A DNA stretch of 63,882 nucleotides, counting the filler, from Platydemus manokwari (Eukaryota), in NCBI GenBank assembly GCA_037951405.1. It is 5 parts of 5 records of this genome, joined end to end, with 100 filler letters (N's around TTAATTAATTAA, not from the genome) between each part and the next. Parts side by side here need not be neighbours in the genome. Positions count along the whole stretch, not along the records: positions 48,198 to 63,882 come from JBBMOY011254762.1; 4 more parts are not named here. One strand, 5' to 3'. This document shows positions 54,861 to 63,882 of the stretch, piece after piece; position 1 is the stretch's first letter, and every line of letters starts with the position of its first letter. A program made the translations under genes and the position numbers. The notes below the pieces were generated by a model. That model was not told where the DNA came from. It ran no database searches and saw nothing but the letters and a program-made list of their open reading frames with translations.

Positions 54861-55964
54861 TATTTGTTGTGCGTGATAATAGGTGGTAGCCTATTTATTA
54901 ATGTTATTACTGATAATGTAAAGCATATTATTATTTTATGGGTAAAATATTAAAAAGTAATTTTCCATGCACTTTCCTTTAATAAATTTTCAGATATTAT
55001 TAAATTATATTATATAATATTTATTTTTGATAAATGATGAAGATCATAATAAATATTATAAATATTCAACATAGTATTTTATAAATATTATTTTAATAAA
55101 CTAATTTTATAAATATTTTTTATTATCACAACCACTTCCCAAGAATTGATATAATAATAAATGAGTCAAATATAAGATAAGGAAGTTATAATTAATGCTT
55201 ATTATATTTATAGATAAAATTATTCATACAGATCAATAAAAATTATGCATTTCTTTATCAAAACCAAACATATCAAACAAATAAATTTAGAAGAACAAAA
55301 GTAAATTAAAGTAAATATATACTAATCCATAGATGCAACAATCATTACTGAACTCAACGCGCCATCACGAATAATAACTTATGTGGTTTAGAAGCTTGAT
55401 TTTACACGAGGGTTTGGAGTAATTTACAAAAGATATCAAGCGAATAATTATTACAAAATGAGAACAAGTAATCTTTTTATTTAAAATTAAAATCTTCTGA
55501 CAGTTATTTTCCTAACTGTAGAGAGATTTGAAATAAATAATTGGTCATCTAATACATTTCCCACTTATTGTTTTACGTATTTCCTTTTATGCACAATTAA
55601 CTTGAATACTTTTATCCTTAACTTCGATTGCCTTTGATCTCACGTTATTTTGTTACCTTGTTAATAATCAGTTTGGTAAGGTTATTTAGGTTTTAATAAA
55701 TCATTTTATGTTCATAATTGAGCATTTAATGTGTGTGCGCATGTTAAATATTATGCAAATCCAGCTATAATCTTCGTTCCAATATAATAAAATTATTACT
55801 TATGAACTTATCATTATTTTATTCTATTATTCCTCTTCTTATATCATTATTACAATTATTAAAGCAATTTGAAAAAAATGTTTAAAATATTGATAGATAA
55901 TAAAACAAATGAATAAAACAGTGAAATTAATTTTTTATAAGTCGTTAAAAAACAACAGAAAATA

Positions 55965-56684
55965 TCAATTCTTTTCAGATAACATTTTGTCTGTTTCTCG
56001 TTTAATAAAATCTTTTATATCTTCGATAAACTTTTCTCGATCTGCTTTCATTTGTGCGGGGAGTTTGGATATTTTTGAGTTTATGTAATCCCAAATATCA
56101 CGATAGCAATATGCTTCATTGGACACTATGGAAATCTGATCCAACATTTGACTTCTCACTTCAATTGGTTTTGCCAAGTTAACATTATTTAGTACCACTG
56201 ATTTGAAAACACTTTTCATTTCTTCATATTCCGGACTCTCTAAATGAATATAGAGTTGTGCAATGCACGGAATTTCTTGAATGTAAATATTTCGTAACCC
56301 TTTCTTAAAATGTTTATGTTCAATAATTATCATTCTTTGATAAATATCTAATCCACTTGATAAAAGCATTTCCGTTACTTTTGGACGCTTATAAGTCAAC
56401 GAATAACCGATCCATGGTGAAATATATATTTTTTGAATAATTGGATCTATACAAGTTGTTATTTCGGAATAATAATACCTTTCCGGGTATGAGGGTTCCA
56501 AATTTGATAATCCATACAAATATGGCAAATTGGCATAATTTATGCCAGCCAGGACTCTTTTGTCGGATATGTATTTTGGAATTGAAATATCAGCACTTGT
56601 TCTCAAAGAATGACCTCTAGCATTGATGATGTATTGTTGAATGTTATAAAACGGAATTGCGCAATTCGGGATATTATTTGCCAT
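55965..56684 (-). CDS. Intronless 239-aa hypothetical protein, possible degenerate ankyrin repeat
   Basis: Longest ORF in the window; ATG in AAAATGG context at 56684; segment SPWIGYSLTYKRPKVTEMLLSSGLDIYQR resembles the ankyrin consensus. Confidence 0.8.
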   Translation of the reverse strand: MANNIPNCAIPFYNIQQYIINARGHSLRTSADISIPKYISDKRVLAGINYANLPYLYGLSNLEPSYPERYYYSEITTCIDPIIQKIYISPWIGYSLTYKRPKVTEMLLSSGLDIYQRMIIIEHKHFKKGLRNIYIQEIPCIAQLYIHLESPEYEEMKSVFKSVVLNNVNLAKPIEVRSQMLDQISIVSNEAYCYRDIWDYINSKISKLPAQMKADREKFIEDIKDFIKRETDKMLSEKN

Positions 56685-57499
56685 TTTATAAATCAATATT
56701 AATTGAATAACAGAAATATTCAATTCTTACACTGTTGAGAAAGATTAATCATTTTTGTTAATAATAAAGTATTTAAATAGTTATTTTACTGCAAAATGTG
56801 TTTTGCGAAATCATATTCAATTAAATACCAAAAGTTATTATACTGATTTTAAAATTATCAAACTGCAGATATGAATTTAACCTCTAAGCATTAACCATCA
56901 TGATTTTATCACAATAATATTATTATTAATTTACTTTAATAAGTTTTTTGTTAAATAATCCTTTGATGCAATTTATTATCCTATCAACTTAAATACAAAA
57001 TAGGAGAAATTGAGTTAAGAATAAAATTACTTTTCATAAAAAGAAATTTAGTTGATATAGTGGATTTGTTTTGAGATTCGAATGAGAAAGTTTGAAATAA
57101 TAATTAAAGTTCAATTTTGATAGATTTTTTCTGTTACAACCTTAATCAATATGTTTTTTATAAACAAATATTTATCTATTTCGCCAGTTAAAAAATTTTT
57201 ATTAACAATTTTGGAGTCAAAGCGCTTCAGTTGCAGACTAGAAATAGGAAACAATTCTTTCTGTCTCTAGTCTTTCAAAAGCTCAAATACAATGTCTTCA
57301 AAGTCCGTAATTATATTTGGCACGTCCGAAATATGTCTCATCAATTTCTAAGACTATATTTAGGATTACAATTATTTTTCTATGCCAAGCTATTTTTTCA
57401 GATTCGTTTAATCTAGAAATTTTGTAATTTAATAAATAATTTTTAATTATTAGTCTTATTTTAATATAAAAATATCAATCTTTGTTGATTTACTTATGG

Positions 57500-58035
57500 A
57501 GATTATTATGCTTATACACCTTGTGCACCAAAAGCACCTTATTCAAAATGTCAAAAAGGGACAAGGCCCCTATAGGAATTCCAAAACTTCTTACATGTTT
57601 GTGACATCTCGACCTATACTATTTATTTCATATAGATCAAATCTTCATTTCATTACAGTATCGACAGGTTTTGGATCTACGTATCCAATCTATCAAATAG
57701 ATATTTTTTGATGTAAAACGCAAGTACCTATTTCCTGGCACTCTTCAACGATTTCCATGTCACTTTATAAAATAACTCTAAAAATCTTAGACATAATTCC
57801 ATTTGCTTCTAATTTTAAAAATGGTTCTCAGTAACTTTCAATTAATTGCACTTTGACCCGTTTTTCAAATAATTAATTTTTAGTAGATTTTACAAAAATA
57901 TTATTTGATTCTAAACAACTAAAATGTTTCTCAAGTACTTAAATAAAAAATTCAAGATATTATTAAAGAATTTAATTAAATAAACTATATAGATTTTTGC
58001 AATACACTCAAAATTAAAAATTTTATGTAAGGACC
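57500..58035 (-). mobile_element. Third copy of the Merlin-like transposase relic
   Basis: Reverse complement aligns to 40340-41160; spliced EECQEI|DWIRRSKTCRYCNEMKI, then RCHKHVRSFGI. Confidence 0.5.
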
Positions 58036-58954
58036 TTTTTTTACCTTAAACCAATTTTTAGAAATACATTTACGAATAACCTGAACACGTTAATAAGGTA
58101 ATTACAATAAATAATTTGAAATGACGGTTTGTTTAATAAAATGTAGAAATTATTATGATTCTTAAAAATAAACAACTTCGTAAAATATTTTATTTATTTT
58201 ATTCTAAAATGTTTCGTTGGTTCAAATGATAGCGTTATTAACCAAAACTTAGGATCCATATTTCTTAAGATAAATGACGCAATATAAATGAAAAATATTT
58301 TATTGAGAGTTTACAATATAGATGTGTATGATAGTATAGATAAATTGTGTTAGGAATTGTTTTTGATGATTATCGTAACTTAACTGAAAATATCATTTAG
58401 ACGAAACCTTTGTATTTTAAAACCTGGATCAAATCAAATGTTATACTTTTCACCTAATTTAATATTTAATTGGTAACCTTTGCATTATTCTATCTGACGA
58501 AATAGTTCAAACCATGAACAATGTAAATGAATTATTGAGATAAATATTACACAACCAATATCAACGAGATTATGTAAACAAAATTAACAGGTATTCACAT
58601 ATTTCAAATAAATTTCAAATTTTTAAGAAATCATTAATATTGAAATATTTGAAAATATTATGAATTTCTCAAAAATGCTTTTACAAATTTTCAAGTGTTT
58701 TCAGTTATCATTACAAAAACTCAATTATAAATTTTTTAACAAGATCAAAAATAAAATAAATATTATTTGACATTCTACGTTATAAAACAAATGTTGGCCT
58801 AAAAATAAGCTAACACTTAGAGATCCAAAACCAATTAAAAAACCAATTTATTATACATAAAATCATCAACAAATTTCAAACATATATTTGAAAATAACTT
58901 CAGTATAAACAAATTACAGAGGATAAATTGACAAAAATAAAAATACGAACAGAA

Positions 58955-59135
58955 TTAAATTGAAAATTTAATTAGTTTGTAAAACTTTTTGGCCAAGTAA
59001 ATGAAACACAATAGCAAACAGAATAAAGTTATACCTCCAATGAATGATGCAAAATCAAATCCTGATCTTTGCTGCGCCGGGGTATAGTTAACATTTGCAA
59101 TATAAGGATCAATATATTTCATATAATAAGGAAGA
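58955..59135 (-). CDS. CD164/porimin (MGC-24) family sialomucin, terminal exon with TM helix
   Basis: After an AG acceptor: LPYYMKYIDPYIANVNYTPAQQRSGFDFASFIGGITLFCLLLCFIYLAKKFYKLIKFSI*. FDxASFIGGI.L followed by a TM helix and KF is the CD164-family signature. Not in the supplied ORF track. Confidence 0.78.
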
Positions 59136-61394
59136 CTTAAATTAAATTCACAATTATTAAATATAAGAATATATAAACAAAAAGATTTTCATTTTTTTTA
59201 ATTACCGCTGGATTACAAAATAATTATTAAATGTTTCGTATTTTTTAAGTAATGGTCATTTAAATGTTGAATATAAAAAATGGGTTAGTGTATTTATAAT
59301 TTATAAGAAACACTTTACTAACAAGATTTAATTTACTTTAGTAATAAAAATAACTTTTGTAAATATTAAGTAAGAATTAAGTAATTGAATTAATGAAATA
59401 AATTGAAATTATAAAAAATACATTGGTTCTACGAAAAATCTTAATTAATTCTTAATATATTTTTGTAAAAGATTCAAATGAAGTAAAGAAACCATTGAAA
59501 AGTTGTGTCACAAGTTTATTTACGATGTTTATGAGTTATTTAATTTATCACTATCTTAATAGGTTATACTTAGTTCTGTTTTCCTCTCATTACGTACTCA
59601 TGATTGCATCCAAAATTATAGATAGATAGCAGTATAAATTTCTTGAACAACGATACTCTATGCTCAACATAAATAATATTGTTACAAATAAATGTTTAGT
59701 TAAAACATTTCAATTAAAAACTGAAATAGGAAGAATTCGAAAATAATTCTTATATCAACATAAAATTTACTTAACAAAATTAATAATTCAAAAGATTTCT
59801 AAAATTTTTGAGAATACCATTTTGATAATTACCGAAAACGGCTAATCACTAAATGGTTTTCTTAATTAATTATTTACAATATTTGTGGAAAATATTCTCA
59901 GCTTCTCTAGTGATAGTTTTGTGGTTGACGAATAGATGCGCACGATAAAAGCAGTTTTTGAAAATGCTATAGAAATGTCTATCATTTTTCGTAAATTATT
60001 ATAATTATACTTAAAACTGGTGGTATTTTTATAATTGCAATTTTACTGTTTGTCTTATTCAGTTTTATCACTTATTTCGTTTGGTTCTCATTAGCTCTTT
60101 TTAATTTATTCATTTTATTTTTATAATATTTTAAATATTTCCCCATCATTTTTATTTTGCAATTGCTACACAAATATAAAGAATCATCAAATAAGATAAG
60201 AAAGGATTGATTTTGAAAATGACTCAGTTTATGCGAGATATCTATATAAATATCGACACATTTGATGCCGAGAGTAATAGAATTCCAGTACGGGGTATGT
60301 TTGATGTTGGGTTTATGCCTTGATATATAAAATTAACTTTTTAAATTGATATATTAATTTAATTAAAAAGTTCCCATTATTTTCGCTTCGACTTTAGATA
60401 TTGAAATAACTACAAACTTATACCACCTATTTATATTATTTATGAATTTTAAAATACGATTAATGTCTCAGACGCGAAAAAGTTTATACAATTTAGATTG
60501 AGAAAGTAAAAATTCTAAATTATTGAGTAAATGCTCCTAATTGGTTACTATTAAAAAGATATAAATTGTGATCCAATGTATTTTGAATTTATTCAAAAAT
60601 TAATTCAACTAGTAGTTCCCGTTTCTGAGTGAATTTGAAAAAGATTTTATAGTTGTATATTGAAATTGAAATTATAAATAAAAGCAAAATATTTTTGTGA
60701 TTAAAAATGCTTTCATTGAATTTGAGGGATGTTGAGTTTATGAATTTCCTGACAAGTTTAGTAATGAAATCTTCAACCGGTAATGGTATTGTAAGGAGTG
60801 TTTGCGTCAATGTGAAGCTATATTTCATATTTCTTTACAAATGAGTTTAAAAAGCAATCTTCCAACTCAAATCAGCTCTATTGGGCTAACACACTATGAG
60901 CAAGTGGTTTCAACTGGATAATAGGCAAGTTCTGATGTTTCGAACTTCTATTTATACAGTTTTTATTCGTCACACTTAAATGCCTAAAATCGCTACATAA
61001 TATTTTAATTCCCCGTGGATTTCCCGAAAATTAATTATTATTTTCTTTTGACTATATAATTTTATTGCCAAGGATATTGAAAATTCATTACTAATAATAT
61101 TTAAACTCTTTCTCTTAAATATTATTCCCCTTAAATATTATTTTTATTTTATTATAATTTATCCTTTTTAATGCCATCTCAAGTAAACTTCGTATAATTT
61201 TCTATATAATATTTTTATAATAATTAATATTTTATATTATATATTATACATTTATAAACAATTTTGGTTACTTTTATACTCTTATATAAATTACTACAGT
61301 AATAAGACACGGAAATAAAATAATAAGAAAAGTATTATTCAAACAAAATTGTTAGAGCTTCAATGTAATTTTTCTACTTGGCCCAATCCCCAAC

Positions 61395-61561
61395 ACAAAT
61401 ATTTAAACAAATAAATTTAATTTTATACAAATATGATTTTATATTCAATAAGAATTAAATTAGAATTAAAATATTGATTCATATAATGTTTCATTCATAT
61501 AAAATTTCATTCATATAAAATGTCATTCATGTAAAATTCAATTCATTTGAAATATCTCACA
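61395..61561 (+). mobile_element. Family A 3' part with internal 16-bp tandem repeats
   Basis: Matches 18000-18110, ends TATCTCACA, contains TCATTCATATAAAATT-like units. Confidence 0.5.
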
Positions 61562-61779
61562 ATAATGATGTAAATATGATCATGGATACACTAATAAAGT
61601 CATTATCGTAATACTAATAATAATATTTATGGTTAAAATGATAACATTTTTTAATAATTAGGTAATAATAACATTATTAATTTTATCATATAAATCCGAC
61701 AACCAGTTAATATTATTTTTATCATTGTGATTATTAAATTTATATTAATATGTTGTATGGGAAATAATAAAAAACAAAA

Positions 61780-62300
61780 TCAATCCGGATTACTGTTTAT
61801 TTGTTCCCACGTGTGGAACATGATTAGCATATTTGCTCTCTCGAGACCTAGCAAAATGTGATCGGGGGTTTATTTCAGAATTCATATCATGGAATCCATG
61901 TAAAATCTCCACAGAATACACCTGTCATGTAAACACATCGATAAACAGATCGCATTTTTATCTGAGAATATTTTCCGATAAAAAATGTCAACAATATGGG
62001 AAACTAATTGATAAACCAGATATATATTAAGAAGGCATATAATTTGAAATGTTTTTCTTTAATAAAACCATTAATTGAAAGTTAGAAAAACCTCCAGAGA
62101 GGCATTCTCAACAAAAACACTATTAACTGTTAATTCTCATTGACTGGCATGAAGTTTTTCAACCATCACCGAGAATGGAGGCTAGTTTTCAACACAATGA
62201 TTATTCAAATATTAAATGCAATAAATGTTGAAAAAATGAAATCACTAAATCTGAAAATTGAAAGAGTTGTTTCGTGGATAAGGAGTAACTTCATCTGGTA
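61780..62300 (+). pseudogene. Decayed coding region
   Basis: Coding-like tracts with stops ending ...EWRLVFNTMIIQILNAINVEKMKSLNLKIERVVSWIRSNFI at a GT donor. Confidence 0.25.
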
Positions 62301-63809
62301 AAAAATTATTATATCACTCTTATTTCTTTCTAGATAATATTCGAAAACATTAATGCTATTAAAGTTTTGTCAATTAAATAAAATAGACAGACGTTTGTTT
62401 TATTACATACAAAGAAAAACCAATGTTTTAATGCCATGACCAATCAAAATCATCTATTAAAGTTTATTTGTTGAGTTTTATATACGAAGATTTGTATATA
62501 AGTAAATAACGTCGGGAAAATCTCGAGAGTATATTTGGTAGTTTTTAAGTGATTTTTTGAGTCGAATTTCATCGCCTTTGAATCAGCATATGATGGGTTT
62601 TAAAGAGAGATTTTGTGATTGAATATTTATCTATTAATTATCTTGTAATCTTCTCAAATATTTTTATATTAAATATGGATTTCACATTGATGGAACTGAA
62701 TGCATTATATATTTCTGTAAGAATTTGAGACCTCTTGGTGATTGTGCTGTGTGTAAGTAAATAAAAATGATAAAAAATAAATAATAGATACCGAGATCGG
62801 TGACAAATTATTTATTCACAACCCAGCAGAAGAACAGATCAAGTATTTGATGAACAAAATTAATTTATTCATTGCTGTCACTTTATTTAATAAAAATATC
62901 TGCCAGAAATAATGACATTCAATTGTGTTCGTTTGTTCAAATGAAGACGATCGATTTGTTTTAAAAATTGAACTGAAAATCTTATTTTGCTCAAAGAGTT
63001 TTACAAATGAATTGTGGAAGAGTTGTTTAGAGGGATGTGAGATTGAATATGCGGAATTATATTCGATTTTGGTATCGTTCATTTAGCAGCGTATTGATCA
63101 ACTGTAATAGATTATTGGTGATACTCTCTGAATGTAGAATTATATGCTGTTAACAGTAATTACTTAGATGAATATTTAGCTCATTCATAAAATTAGGTCG
63201 ATTGTAAACAAATATGGTTATAATTAATACAAATATGTTGATAGATGTTGTATTCCGATGAAACAATAGTAATAAACGGAGTCCAGTCTCAGATACGTTT
63301 GTCACAATCATACAAACGACAATAATACGAATGCATAAATAGAAATCTATAGGTGCATACAGGATTATTGATTAAAAATTGCCTCAATCATTTCAATAGT
63401 AAAAAGTATTAGAATTTAAAAAAATATAAACTAATAAAAACGCAATAAAAAGAACGTGTTAAATTCTCAAAATATTGAATAAGTAAAAACCAAAAATATT
63501 TAAAATAAAAATTCAAAATTTAGAATTAAATATCTCAAAATTAAAAGAATTGTAAAAATTATTTTAAAATAAAATATAATTAGTAAATATGTTTTAGCAC
63601 AAGGAGGTAATAGATAAAATTTCAGGACAGAAAATAAACCGAAATTTATAAACAGAGACTAAAACAATTCTAACTTTGTAAATAAAAATAGTAACTAAGC
63701 ATTAGAAGTACCCATGATACTAAAAATAGCTCGCAACTTAGAGTGGTAACATGATGCATAATGGAAAGCACCTTGACTCAAACAATTGTTGAGTATCGAA
63801 TTATCCCAA

Positions 63810-63882
<73 letters not shown>
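63810..63882. repeat. (AAT)n microsatellite at contig end
   Basis: Perfect AAT run. Confidence 0.95.

Noticed and set aside
59034-59135. DEG/ENaC pre-TM2 exon interpretation
   Set aside because: The frame continues as GGITLF-TM-KKF, fitting CD164/porimin better; no clean ENaC TM2 exon follows
60589-63082. Minus-strand ORFs of 79 and 88 aa as genes
   Set aside because: No recognisable motif and surrounded by stops; at best decayed fragments
1-63882. Non-standard genetic code explaining the many in-frame stops
   Set aside because: Hemicentin, most F-box exons and the 239-aa ORF have no internal stops, all three stop types occur in the decayed blocks, and several of those blocks also have frameshifts
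63810-63882. Terminal (AAT)n as a telomere
   Set aside because: The same repeat occurs internally; it is a microsatellite where assembly breaks

Overview
Very AT-rich animal genomic DNA with short (about 40-60 nt) GT-AG introns and (AAT)n microsatellites. This pattern is most like a triclad planarian, but that is inference from composition and gene style only. The window is five pieces joined by artificial 100-nt linkers (N44-TTAATTAATTAA-N44), so adjacency across those joins is unproven. Recognisable genes: the first three exons of a hemicentin (signal peptide plus VWA domain, 14320-15030), a multi-exon F-box/LRR-like gene (24470-32536) with one apparently damaged exon, the last exon of a CD164/porimin-family sialomucin (minus strand, 58955-59135), an intronless 239-aa orphan ORF (55965-56684) and two orphan 3' gene ends. 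The rest is decayed spliced genes and short transposons: hAT, pogo-like, piggyBac and Helitron non-autonomous elements, Merlin-like and mariner relics, and LTR-like repeats. I saw no rRNA, tRNA or CRISPR, and I cannot demonstrate a new multi-gene system. The best leads are the stand-alone hemicentin VWA module, the intron-containing Merlin-like transposase copies, the frame-preserving stop-codon pseudogene field, the orphan ORF and a possible 2-nt micro-exon.
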